Below, one piece after another: positions 32,016 through 41,256 of a stretch of 64,000 bases of DNA. The translations under genes were made by a program, and so were the position numbers. Source of the stretch: Candidatus Latescibacterota bacterium (GTDB lineage Bacteria; Latescibacterota; UBA2968; UBA8231). Position 1 is the first letter of the stretch. The number at the start of each line of letters is the position of its first letter. The notes beneath the pieces were generated by a model. It was not told where the DNA came from. It made no database searches and was given only the letters and a program-made list of their open reading frames with translations. Where the stretch lies: positions 1,184,001 to 1,248,000 of the forward strand of contig CBDCXV010000010.1 of assembly GCA_965223905.1 (NCBI GenBank). The letters are read 5' to 3'.

Positions 32016-32366
32016 TCATGGATGCTCAGCCGTGACCGCGGTTCTGATCCCCCCCCGCACGTTGAAGTCGCCTGTCACAGTCATGCGTCTGGGGGCGCAG
32101 GCGGCAACCAGGTCGTCGAGTATCCGGTTGGTTACCGCTTCGTAGAAGATGCCCTGCTGACGGAAGGATCCGAGGTAGATTTTCAGCGACTTGAGCTCTA
32201 TGCAGTTCTGGTCGGGAACGTAACTGATGCGGACCGTGCCGAAGTCCGGTTGCCCGGTTTTCGGGCAGACGGAAGTGAATTCGGGACAGTCGATCTGTAT
32301 GGTGTAATCCCGATCGGGCTTGGGGTTGGGGAAAGTCTCGAGCACCGGGTCGGAATGTGAGGCCAT
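32016..32366 (-). CDS. queF: NADPH-dependent preQ0 reductase (unimodular)
   Basis: [31 protein letters not shown]. Confidence 0.95.
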   Translation of the reverse strand: MASHSDPVLETFPNPKPDRDYTIQIDCPEFTSVCPKTGQPDFGTVRISYVPDQNCIELKSLKIYLGSFRQQGIFYEAVTNRILDDLVAACAPRRMTVTGDFNVRGGIRTAVTAEHP

Positions 32367-32427
32367 ATTCGCTTTTTCAAACCGTTAAGAAACTAAGGGT
32401 CCCGGCAGGGCGGGCAAGGCAGCCTCA

Positions 32428-34039
32428 TCATCCGAGGAAGCGGCGCAACGCGTTGGCGGTGATGGCGGACACGACCTCGTCGGCGAGCAGGGAACTGGCG
32501 TAGCAGACGGAGCCGGCTGAAAAGACCTCGCCGCCGCTGCCGCTTTCGCAATGGACGATCTCGGCGCCTCCGCCGCCGGGATTGAGGCCTCTGGCGGCCA
32601 AGTGGACACCTGACGGCGAGCTGGCGGACCGCTTGTCCGTCTCGTGCCCCGAGGCCCCCCCGGGGATGCGCATGTGCAGGCTGCGCTCACCGAACAGATC
32701 GCCGTTGGCCAGACCGGTGCCTTCGAAGATCCAGTGATCGGCGTCGACCACTTCGTACGGTGCAGCCGTCATTATGCCGCTGTCGCTGTACACGACCCCG
32801 AGGAGGTTGGCTTCCGACTCGCAGTAGTAGTGGAAGCGGCTCTCCAGGCCGCGGCGTCCTGTCTCCCGGGCATCGCCGTTGAACACCTTCATGGTCTCCT
32901 CGTCCGGGATTTCGACCTTGCAGTTGAGACCGTTGCCGCCGAGGTAGATCAGCTTGCCGCCGCGCTCGTGCACCCAGCCCTTGACTCCGTAGTACATCTC
33001 CGCGGACCAGTACTCCGGATGCGGTCCGAGAAGGAGGACCTCGTAGTCGTCGAGAGTAAGCACGCCGTGGTGAAGCCTGCGTTTCGGAGTAGACGTCGTA
33101 TTCGAACCCCTCCTGCTCGAGCCAGCCGAGGATGCGCCACTCCGTCTCGGCGACGTGGCAGGCCGCCCGTCCTTCGATCGGGTCGTGCAGGCCGATCGAC
33201 AGCGGAATGTGGTTTATCGGCTCGGGGCGCTCGAACGACAGGGGAGCGTACTCCTCGCGGTCGTAGACGACGTTGTCCGGATCGGTGTAGCGCGGCAGAT
33301 CCTGACGCGCGTTGACGGTCGGCACGGGCGGCAGTCCGGCCGGGTTGGCGTAGTTGCTGCGGCCGCCAAAATTGTTGTAGGCGTTCCAGTTGATGTTGGA
33401 AACCAGCACCGCGAGCCGGGCCCTGGGACGGGCAGGGGCGACGATCCAGGGGAAGCTGAAGAATGCCTGCGGAACCGATGCGTCCGCGCCGGTGAAGGGT
33501 TTCCGCGTCGAGGCGTGGAAGTAGTACAGCCCGGAGCGCTCCGGAGCGGTGACGAACTGCCTGTGGTGGGGGCTGGTGTAGCCGATGGAATTCCAGCGCA
33601 CCCCGGTCCGGGTGTAATCCCCGTCCGGGGTGATCTGCACGGTCGCGCGCGGTCCGTGCTCGTCGAACCAGCCCACAGGGCGAACCAACTCCTTCTCTCT
33701 TCCGTAGCGGAACAGCTCGAGCTTGTACGGCTCGCTGGAGTGCACGCGGAATTCCGACCGCTCCCCGGAGCGGACGCACTTGGGCCAGGCGTACCCCAGC
33801 AAGCCGTCGGCGAGCAGCCGGAACTGGCAGGGCCGGCCCTCGGCGATGGTGATGTCGACCCGCTTCGAGCCGTAGCCGTCGCGGGCGATAGTCACCTTGT
33901 ACCGGCCAGGTTCGATCTCGGCATGCACCGCGCCGGAGGCGGAGGACCGGGCTTCCACCCGCCGGGTACGCCCTTCGAATTCCAGCAGGGCGTCCGGGAG
34001 GGCCACGTAACGCTCGTCGCTGACGTACCCGACAAGCAT
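32428..34039 (-). CDS. N,N-dimethylformamidase beta-subunit-like protein; +1 frameshift near 33076
   Basis: SGLYYFH, NWNAYNNFGGRSNY, PLSFERP, WLEQEGFEYDVYSE / HPEYWSAEMY, LGGNG, GASGHETD, GEVFSAGS. The two ORFs join by removing one G. Confidence 0.75.
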
Positions 34040-34722
34040 CAGCGCGGCTCCTTGGCGAAAAGGGGATCCTCTACCCCGGCTTCGCGGAACCCCCGCTGCC
34101 GCAGCTCGCAGCTGTGACACTCGCCGCAGGGAACCTCGCTGCCCACGTAACAGGACCAGGTGAGGTGCAATGGTGCGCCGAGCTTCAGGCCCCGTTTCAC
34201 GATTCCCGGCTTGTCGAGGGCGAGCAGGGGCGTCTCGATGGAGATGGCGGTTTCTGGCCGCGTTCCGGTTTCGATGGCCCGGGCGAACGCCGCGAAGAAG
34301 ACGGCGCGGCAGTCGGGGTACGGACAGTCGCGCTCGTGAGCGCCCAGGTAAACCGACCTCGCTCCGGCAGCTTCGGTCCAGGCGACGGCGATGGCGAGCA
34401 GGTTGGCATTGCGAAACGGGACGTAGGTCGAAGGGACGGGCTCTCCGTTCCGGTCACCTTCGGGAAATTCCGGGCCGGTGAGAGAAGAGCCTCCGATGGC
34501 GGTGAGGTGGCCGGCGTCGGCGACGAGCCGGTGTGAAACGCCGAAATGTCGGGCGATCCCCTCAAAAGCGGCGAGCTCGCGCTCCGCGGTGCGCTGGCCG
34601 TAGCTGACGTGGAGGAAACCGAGCGCGCCGGGGTCGCCGATGGCGAGGGCCGCTTCGGCCGCTGCCACGCAGCTGTCGAGGCCGCCGCTGACAAGGACGA
34701 CCGCCTGCAAGGGTGGATTCAT
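34039..34722 (-). CDS. queC: 7-cyano-7-deazaguanine synthase
   Basis: SGGLDS, YGQR, PSTYVPFRN, YPDCR, TWSCY..PCGECHSC. Confidence 0.94.
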   Translation of the reverse strand: MNPPLQAVVLVSGGLDSCVAAAEAALAIGDPGALGFLHVSYGQRTAERELAAFEGIARHFGVSHRLVADAGHLTAIGGSSLTGPEFPEGDRNGEPVPSTYVPFRNANLLAIAVAWTEAAGARSVYLGAHERDCPYPDCRAVFFAAFARAIETGTRPETAISIETPLLALDKPGIVKRGLKLGAPLHLTWSCYVGSEVPCGECHSCELRQRGFREAGVEDPLFAKEPR

Positions 34723-34919
34723 CGCTGCCAATATAGCATTCCCGGCCGGGAATGGGTGAACTGACGCAGGGATACATCCAGGGCGGTCATACTGGCCGCT
34801 ACTGCCCGGATTCCCTGTCTGCACGGCCCTTCGGTTTTTCCCCAGGGGGTTGCAGGTCGCGTTTGACAGGGCCCCCCGCGAACGTAGATTCAGCGGCAAA
34901 ACGGAAGGCCGCCTTAAAT

Positions 34920-36182
34920 ATGGAATACTCCAAATTCGACCGAGTGCCCAATCATTACGAGGGGGCGATCATCCAGCGCATCAAGGACTTTCGCCAGGAA
35001 GTCGGCAAGCGGTCACTGCGCTCAACCCGCCTCCCCGTCGGGGACCTAGAATTCCTGATTCCCCGGCATTTCGGCTTCTGTTTCGGCGTCGAGCGCGCCA
35101 TCCACATGGCCTTCTCCGCGCTCGAGGAACATCCCGAACGCCCGATTCACCTCGTCAGCGAGATCATCCACAACCCCCTGGTCAACAAGGACCTGAACGA
35201 AAGGGGAATCGACTTCATTTTCGATTCCGACGGGGATCGCCGCATTTCCCAGGAAGAGATCGGCGCCGAAGCCATCGTCATGATTCCCGCCTTCGGCACT
35301 ACCCTGGAGATCGAGGATTCGCTGAAGCAGGCAGGTCTCGACACCGATTCAGAGGAGTACCGCGAGCGCTACGACACCACGTGCCCGTTCGTTTCCAGGG
35401 TCTGGGACAGGGGGCAGGAACTCGGGCAGGAAGGCTACACGATCCTCATTCACGGGAAGTTCCGGCACGAGGAGACGCAGGCGACCCACTCGCACACGAA
35501 GCAGCATGCCAAGACCCTCGTAGTGCTCGACAGACAGGAGGCCACCCGGGTCGCTGCCTTCATCGCCGGCGCCCTCTCCGAGGAGGAGTTCGCCTCCGAG
35601 TTTTCGAGTAAATGGTCGCAGGGATTCGACCCTCGTACCGACCTGAATCGCATCGCCGTGGTCAACCAGACGACGATGCTCGCCGAAGAGACGAAGGAGG
35701 TCGCCAACATCATTCGCTCGGCGATGCAATGCAGGTACGGCGACGACGGCCTCGACTACCACTTCGCCGATACCAACGATACGCTCTGTTACGCGACCAA
35801 CCGCAATCAGAATGCCACCAGGGGACTGCTCGAGGCGCAGCCGGACGTCGCCATCATCGTCGGCGGCTACAACAGCTTCAACACCTCCCACCTGGTGGAG
35901 ATCTGCTCGGAGATCATGCCGAGCTACCTGATCGGCGGCAAGGAGGGGCTGTTGTCGCGGGAGCGCATCCGGCACTTCGACATCCACGCCAAGGAACTGA
36001 GGATCTCCGACAACTGGCTTCCGGCAAAGGCTCCGGTTACCATCGCCGTAACCTCGGGAGCGTCCTGTCCCGATGTCCTGATGAACGGGGTGCTTGAGAG
36101 GCTCGCCGGGTTTTACGGGTACAGCCAGCCCGATATAGAGGAAGGCCTGGAGCGGCTCAGCCTGTACGAGCCCGCGGCCTGA
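34920..36182 (+). CDS. ispH: 4-hydroxy-3-methylbut-2-enyl diphosphate reductase
   Basis: FGFCFGVERAI, EIIHNP, DTTCPFV, NQTTM, DTLCYAT, VGGYNSFNT, TSGASCP. Confidence 0.93.
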   Translation: MEYSKFDRVPNHYEGAIIQRIKDFRQEVGKRSLRSTRLPVGDLEFLIPRHFGFCFGVERAIHMAFSALEEHPERPIHLVSEIIHNPLVNKDLNERGIDFIFDSDGDRRISQEEIGAEAIVMIPAFGTTLEIEDSLKQAGLDTDSEEYRERYDTTCPFVSRVWDRGQELGQEGYTILIHGKFRHEETQATHSHTKQHAKTLVVLDRQEATRVAAFIAGALSEEEFASEFSSKWSQGFDPRTDLNRIAVVNQTTMLAEETKEVANIIRSAMQCRYGDDGLDYHFADTNDTLCYATNRNQNATRGLLEAQPDVAIIVGGYNSFNTSHLVEICSEIMPSYLIGGKEGLLSRERIRHFDIHAKELRISDNWLPAKAPVTIAVTSGASCPDVLMNGVLERLAGFYGYSQPDIEEGLERLSLYEPAA

Positions 36183-36186
36183 GCAG

Positions 36187-36987
36187 TCAGGCGGCGGCCA
36201 CCGGGTTGCGCAGCCTGCCGATCTTCTCCACCTCGATAACGACCTCGTCGCCCTCCCGCAGCCAGACCGGGGGCGTGCGGGCGAATCCCACTCCCTGCGG
36301 CGTCCCCGTCAGAATCACCGTTCCCGGCAACAGGGTCGTATCCTGGCTCAGGAAAGCGATCAGTTCGCGAACGGAGAAGATCATGTCTCCGGTGGTGTGA
36401 TCCTGCATGGTCTCGCCGTTCAGCAGCGTCCTGATGCCCAGCGTCTGGGGGTCGGGAATGTCGTCGGCCGTCACCAAAACCGGCCCCAGCGGGCAGAAGG
36501 TGTCGAAACCCTTGCCCCGGATCCACTGGCCTCCGCCCCCCTGGAGCTGCCAGGTGCGCGCCGAGACGTCGTGGCCGCAGGTGTAGCCGAGAACGAAATC
36601 GAGGGCGTTCGACTCCGAGGCGCCGCGGCAGCGCCTGCCGATGACGAGGGCAAGCTCGCATTCGTAGTCGGTCTCCTCGCCGTGCTGGCAGGAAGGCAGA
36701 CGGATCGGATCCCCGGGATGGGTCAGGGCGCTGGTCGGCTTCATGAACACGACCGGGCGTTCCGGGATGTCGACACCCGACTCTTCGGCGTGCTCCCGGT
36801 AGTTGAGGCCGATGCAGAAAATGTTCACCGGGTCGACCGGGGCCAGCAGTTTGGAGATCTTCCTCGTCTCACCTGTCGGCGTCAGCCCGGAGTACAAGTC
36901 TCCGGCCAACAGCGCCGCGCGGCTGCCGTCTCCCTCTTCCCCGAAACAGGTCTGACCTTCCTCGTCGATGAACCGGATGATGCGCAT
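36187..36987 (-). CDS. Fumarylacetoacetate hydrolase family protein
   Basis: CIGLNYREH, DYECEL, HDVSAR, KGFDTFCPLGP, LTGTPQGVG. Confidence 0.92.
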   Translation of the reverse strand: MRIIRFIDEEGQTCFGEEGDGSRAALLAGDLYSGLTPTGETRKISKLLAPVDPVNIFCIGLNYREHAEESGVDIPERPVVFMKPTSALTHPGDPIRLPSCQHGEETDYECELALVIGRRCRGASESNALDFVLGYTCGHDVSARTWQLQGGGGQWIRGKGFDTFCPLGPVLVTADDIPDPQTLGIRTLLNGETMQDHTTGDMIFSVRELIAFLSQDTTLLPGTVILTGTPQGVGFARTPPVWLREGDEVVIEVEKIGRLRNPVAAA

Positions 36988-37068
36988 CCTCTTATCCCTC
37001 CGCAATAGTCGTGTCAGGCACCAAACAATGGAGGCCGTCCCGAATACCGTCAAGCACACGGAGCCGCC

Positions 37069-38169
37069 GTGGCGCCCCCTGATCGACCCAGCGTGCTCGT
37101 AGTCGGCGCCGGGATCGTCGGGAGCTGCGCCGGCTACTTTCTCGCCTGCCGGCAGGCGCGCGTGCAGCTGATCGACCGCGACCCCGATCCGTCGGCGACG
37201 ACACGCGCCTCCCTCGGAGTCCTGACCCATTTCCAGGGCGGCGATGACCCGTACTCGACCTTCTACCGGGACGCCCACGCCCTGCACGGCGAACTGGCCC
37301 GGCAGCTGCGGGAGGAGACCGGTCTCGACGTCGGCTGGAGAGCCCTGGGTGGTATCGACCTCGCCTTCGGCGACGCGGAAGTCGAAGAGGCTCAATCCCG
37401 GCTGCGGGACCGAGGAGGCAATTGCCGCTGGGAGTGGCTCGACCACGACAGGGTGCGCCGCCTCGAACCGAAGGTGTCGTCCCAGGTCAGCGGGGGTGTC
37501 TATTTCCCCGACGATCACCGCGTCGATCCCCCGGCCCTGGCGCGGGCGCTGCGCACTGCTGCCGCCCAGCGCGGTGCCGAGGTTCGGCTCGGCTGCGAGC
37601 TGTTGCGGATCGAAGCCGGGGGCGACGGCGTAAAGGTTTGGATCGGGGAGAGGGACCAGGGCCGGGAGGAGCGTTTCGATTACGCCGTTCTCGCCGCCGG
37701 CTCCTGGACCGGGGAGCTGGTCGCGGAAGCTGCCGGCGGGCCCCGCATCCGGCCGGTGCGCGGGCAGCACTGCCGCTACCGCGGGGGAAGCGAGATCGGC
37801 CATTTGCTGCGCTGGGGGGGGCATCACCTGATCCCGGCCGGGGATACCATCGTCGTCGGGGCGACAGTGGAAGAGGTCGGCTTCGACACCCGGACCACGG
37901 AGGCGGCCGCGGCGGAGTTCGCGAGGGTGTTTGGCCGCGTGCTCGACATTGAGCCGATCCTGCTCTCGCAGGCCGCGGGGCTGCGCCCCAAGCCCCGCAA
38001 GGGACGGCCGGTGATCGGCCCGGTCGATCCGTCCGCACGGCTGTTCGTCGCCAGCGGCCACTACAGGAACGGAGTGCTTCTCGGTCCGCTGACCGGTCGG
38101 GTTCTCGCCGATTGGATCGTCGCCCGGCAAGCCCCGCGCGACATGTCCTTCTTCGGGATCAGCAGGTAG
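37069..38169 (+). CDS. FAD-dependent oxidoreductase (glycine oxidase/DAO family)
   Basis: VVGAGIVG, PVRGQ, GATVEE, GLRP, SGHYRNGVLLGP. Confidence 0.85.
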   Translation: MAPPDRPSVLVVGAGIVGSCAGYFLACRQARVQLIDRDPDPSATTRASLGVLTHFQGGDDPYSTFYRDAHALHGELARQLREETGLDVGWRALGGIDLAFGDAEVEEAQSRLRDRGGNCRWEWLDHDRVRRLEPKVSSQVSGGVYFPDDHRVDPPALARALRTAAAQRGAEVRLGCELLRIEAGGDGVKVWIGERDQGREERFDYAVLAAGSWTGELVAEAAGGPRIRPVRGQHCRYRGGSEIGHLLRWGGHHLIPAGDTIVVGATVEEVGFDTRTTEAAAAEFARVFGRVLDIEPILLSQAAGLRPKPRKGRPVIGPVDPSARLFVASGHYRNGVLLGPLTGRVLADWIVARQAPRDMSFFGISR

Positions 38170-38277
38170 CCTTTCCCCGAAGAGATGCCGGGCTTCCAAC
38201 CGGCCGCCGGTGAATTGACAACGACCGGGCTCCCGGATACCGTAGGGCCGCCAACCAAACTGGAGGAATCAGCTGCG

Positions 38278-39243
38278 ATGACAGTAATGACGAATACCGC
38301 GAGTCCCGGACTGGAGACCGACGAGCTCCGCGACGCCCTCGACACGGTGATTTCGATTCCCGTGGTGCCGTTCAGGAATGGCGAGGTCGACTTCGAGGGG
38401 CACGCGACGAACGTCGATTACCTGATGAACACCAACCATCTCGAAGGGGACCGGCGGCGCGCCATCGCCGTCGCCGGAACCAGCCTGGTTCACCACATCT
38501 CCGGCGAAGACCAGGTCCGCCTGATGGGGATCGCCGGCGAGCGCATGGAAGGAAGGGGAGTGCTGATGGCAGGCATAGCGCCGAACCCCCTTCCCGACGC
38601 CGCCCGGCTGATCGAGACCATGTCCGCACTCGACCATCCCCCTGACGTCTACCTGGTAATGCCGCTGACCGGGATCATCCAGCCCGCGGGGCTTTACGAT
38701 ACCTACATGGAGTTCGCCGAGCGGGCCGGCGAGTGCGGGGCGCGGCTGCTCTACTACCTGCGGTCTCCGGAACAGATCCCGTACGTGGTCAGGCTCGTCA
38801 ACGACTCGCCGCATTTCATAGGGGTCAAGGTCGGGACCCGGGACGAGGACGTCGTGCCCCTGGTGGAGCAGGTCGACCCCCGCCGGGGCATGGTCATCTG
38901 GGGCATCGGCGACCGCTCGACCCGGCCCGCCCAGTTCGGTGCTACCGGGCACACGTCCGGCATCAACATCGCCTTCTCGAAGGCCTCCGACGAGATCAAC
39001 AACGCCCAGCGCCGCGGCGACTACGGGCTCTCCCTCAAGGTCGAAGGAGAGCTCGCGGCGCTGGAGGAGATCCGCTTCCGCGACGGGCGCATGTACAACT
39101 ACTCCGCCGTAGTGGAGGCGATGCATGCCGGCGGCTGGCAGGACGTGGTGGCCGGCGAAGGGGGGCCGTTCAATCCCCGGGTTCCCGCCGAGGTGGCCGA
39201 GGAAGTGAGGGCGGCCATCGACGGGATCCGGCACTACCACTAG
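38278..39243 (+). CDS. DHDPS/KDGDH-like class I aldolase family protein
   Basis: IPVVPF..GEVDFEG, AGTS, LYYLR, GVKVG Schiff-base Lys, GATGHTSG. Confidence 0.72.
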   Translation: MTVMTNTASPGLETDELRDALDTVISIPVVPFRNGEVDFEGHATNVDYLMNTNHLEGDRRRAIAVAGTSLVHHISGEDQVRLMGIAGERMEGRGVLMAGIAPNPLPDAARLIETMSALDHPPDVYLVMPLTGIIQPAGLYDTYMEFAERAGECGARLLYYLRSPEQIPYVVRLVNDSPHFIGVKVGTRDEDVVPLVEQVDPRRGMVIWGIGDRSTRPAQFGATGHTSGINIAFSKASDEINNAQRRGDYGLSLKVEGELAALEEIRFRDGRMYNYSAVVEAMHAGGWQDVVAGEGGPFNPRVPAEVAEEVRAAIDGIRHYH

Positions 39244-39413
39244 GCGGGGGACACTGGTGCGGCCTGTGCGGTATCCACGAAGGCCTGCAAAGGGGATGGC
39301 ACCGGTTGGACCCGGGGTCCATCCCGACGCCCGGGCAGGGGAGAGAAATCAACCGAAAGGGCGGGGGGCGGCAGCGGCGGGTGCCGGGAGGTCGGGAAGG
39401 GGACCCGGAATCG

Positions 39414-39713
39414 TCAGGTGCGTCCGCCGAGGCGGTCGAGATACTCCGTCCATTCGACAGGGACGAGATCGCGCTTTGCAGCATTGCATCCGCTGCAGCA
39501 GGGGACGACGTTGCCCTTGACCGAGAAGCCTCCGCGAACGACAGGCACGACGTGATCCATGGTCAGCTCTTTGGGAGGGAAGCGCCCGTTGCAGTAGTGG
39601 CATCTGCCCTCGCCGCGCCGGTTCTTCCACCACTGGCTCCGGCGCAGCTCCCGCCCCTTCTGCTTCTCTCTCTCGATATGCTCTTCGGAGGCGGGGGTGT
39701 AGTAGTCGGTCAT
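39414..39713 (-). CDS. Small HNH endonuclease family protein
   Basis: CHYC..LTMDHVVP..GG..NVVPCCSGCN..K. Confidence 0.88.
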   Translation of the reverse strand: MTDYYTPASEEHIEREKQKGRELRRSQWWKNRRGEGRCHYCNGRFPPKELTMDHVVPVVRGGFSVKGNVVPCCSGCNAAKRDLVPVEWTEYLDRLGGRT

Positions 39714-39784
39714 GATTCCTGCGGACCGGCGGCAATTCGCTTCACGGAAAAGGCACCTATGGCGAAAAAAACCGCTTCCTGCCG

Positions 39785-40405
39785 ATGCTGATCCCACTGT
39801 TCCCTCTCGCCATCGTCGTCTACCCGGGACAGACGGTGCCGCTCTACATCTTCGAGGAGCGCTACAAGGCGATGATCGCCGACTGCGAGCCGGAAGGAAC
39901 CGGTGAGTTTGCGCCGTTCGGGATCTCGCTGTTCGACGATGGCGAAGTCGCCGAGGTCGGCTGCACCGCGGTGGTCTCGGAGATAGCGAAGCGTCATGCC
40001 GACGGTTCGATGCATATCGTCACCGTCGGCAGACAGCGCTACCGCACTCTCGAGGTGATCGAGGACAAGCCGTACCTGCAGGGGCGGGTCGAGCTGCTCG
40101 AGGATGCCGGCGAAACCGGGGACCCGGACTTGGCCCGGGAAGCGGGGGACGCCTACCGGGAGCTGCTTGCCCTGGCAGCTCCCGGAGCGGACGAGGAGGT
40201 CGGGAGCGACGCGACCGCCTTCGAGATCGCCGTCAATTGCGGTCTCGACCTGAAGCAGAAGCAGAGGGTGCTGGAGATGCTCAGCGAGAGCGAACGCCTG
40301 CGCTACCTCTGCGATCACTTCGAAGAAGTGCTGCCGAAGCTGCGCCTGCGCCTGGAGCAGCAGCGCCGCGTGAAATCGAACGGATACGGGCGGCCTCACG
40401 AGTAG
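39785..40405 (+). CDS. Stand-alone LON substrate-binding domain protein
   Basis: IPLFPL..VYPG..PLYIFEERY..VGC..DG..G.QRY. Confidence 0.88.
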   Translation: MLIPLFPLAIVVYPGQTVPLYIFEERYKAMIADCEPEGTGEFAPFGISLFDDGEVAEVGCTAVVSEIAKRHADGSMHIVTVGRQRYRTLEVIEDKPYLQGRVELLEDAGETGDPDLAREAGDAYRELLALAAPGADEEVGSDATAFEIAVNCGLDLKQKQRVLEMLSESERLRYLCDHFEEVLPKLRLRLEQQRRVKSNGYGRPHE

Positions 40406-40408
40406 CCG

Positions 40409-41143
40409 TCAGCCCCCGCCATTGACCAGGGCGACGAAGATCTGATCGGCGACCTCCAGGCCGATGTGGTGCTCGCACCCTCGGATCGCGATGAGCATCG
40501 AGCCGCTGAAAGGGGCCTTGTCTCGAACCTTCAGCTCGGTGCCGAGGTGAAGCCCCTGCTCGTCGAGATAGCGCAGCAGCTCGGGGCTGCGGTCGCTGAC
40601 TTGAGAGATGCAGACCACCCGTCCCGATTCGACGTCCGACAACCGCTGGTAGTCGTGGACGGCGATGGTTCCCTCCTTGGAGGGAATCGGCTCGCCGTGG
40701 GCACCCACGGTCGGGTACCCCATAGCGCGGTCGATGTGCTCCTCGAAGTCCTCGGAGATGGCGTGTTCGAGACGCTCCGCCTCGGCGTCGACACGGTCCC
40801 ACCCGTACCCGAGGGCTTGCGCGAGGTAGAGCTCGAGCAGCCGGTGGTGGCGGATGATTTCGAGAGCCATCTTTTCCCCAGCCCCGGTCAGCCGCACCCC
40901 CTGGTAGGGTCGGTGCCGGAGCAAGCGCATCTCCGCCAGTTTCTTGATCATGTTGGTCGCCGAAGCCGCCGAGACCTGCATGCGCTCGGCGAGCAGGGAG
41001 GTGGTGACCGATCCGTCGCCGGATTTCTCCGAATCCGGGCTGTTGGACAGCTTGTATATCGCCTTCAGGTAGTCCTGGACCGACTCGCTGATCGTCCCGG
41101 CGGGTGGGAGCCTGTCGCTGCCGCTGTCGCTCTTCGGGGTCAA
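40409..41143 (-). CDS. DtxR/MntR family metal-dependent repressor with FeoA-like domain
   Basis: QDYLKAIYKL, SATNMIKKL, RHHRLLELYL, EAERLEH, HGEPIP, LLRYL. Confidence 0.92.
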   Translation of the reverse strand: MTPKSDSGSDRLPPAGTISESVQDYLKAIYKLSNSPDSEKSGDGSVTTSLLAERMQVSAASATNMIKKLAEMRLLRHRPYQGVRLTGAGEKMALEIIRHHRLLELYLAQALGYGWDRVDAEAERLEHAISEDFEEHIDRAMGYPTVGAHGEPIPSKEGTIAVHDYQRLSDVESGRVVCISQVSDRSPELLRYLDEQGLHLGTELKVRDKAPFSGSMLIAIRGCEHHIGLEVADQIFVALVNGGG

Positions 41144-41192
41144 CGCCGGGTTACCTGTATTTCAACTGAATCGCGCGCAATCGAGGCTGATT

Positions 41193-41234
41193 TTTAGTCG
41201 CGACTAAACCTACGGGATGGCAGGGTGCTGTCAA
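41193..41234 (-). promoter_or_regulatory. Palindromic operator overlapping a candidate promoter of the DtxR/MntR gene
   Basis: Perfect 16-bp palindrome TTTAGTCGCGACTAAA (41193-41208). Minus-strand TTGACA (41234-41229), 16-nt spacer, TAGGTT (41212-41207). Confidence 0.72.
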
Positions 41235-41256
41235 CCTGGCCCTGGCATGGGAATTC

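Noticed and set aside
32016-34722. Dpd-type DNA 7-deazaguanine modification island
   Set aside because: No dpdA/tgt-like or other dpd genes are in the window; queC and queF alone fit ordinary queuosine synthesis.
36187-38199. 670-aa ORF suggesting an extended FAH fusion (likewise the long N-terminal extensions on the SRAP, leuD and TIGR01777 ORFs)
   Set aside because: The extensions overlap real genes on the other strand or frame; downstream ATGs give normal-length proteins.
39414-39713. HNH gene as a homing, mobile or defence element
   Set aside because: It is a compact stand-alone HNH with no flanking repeats, intron features or partner genes.
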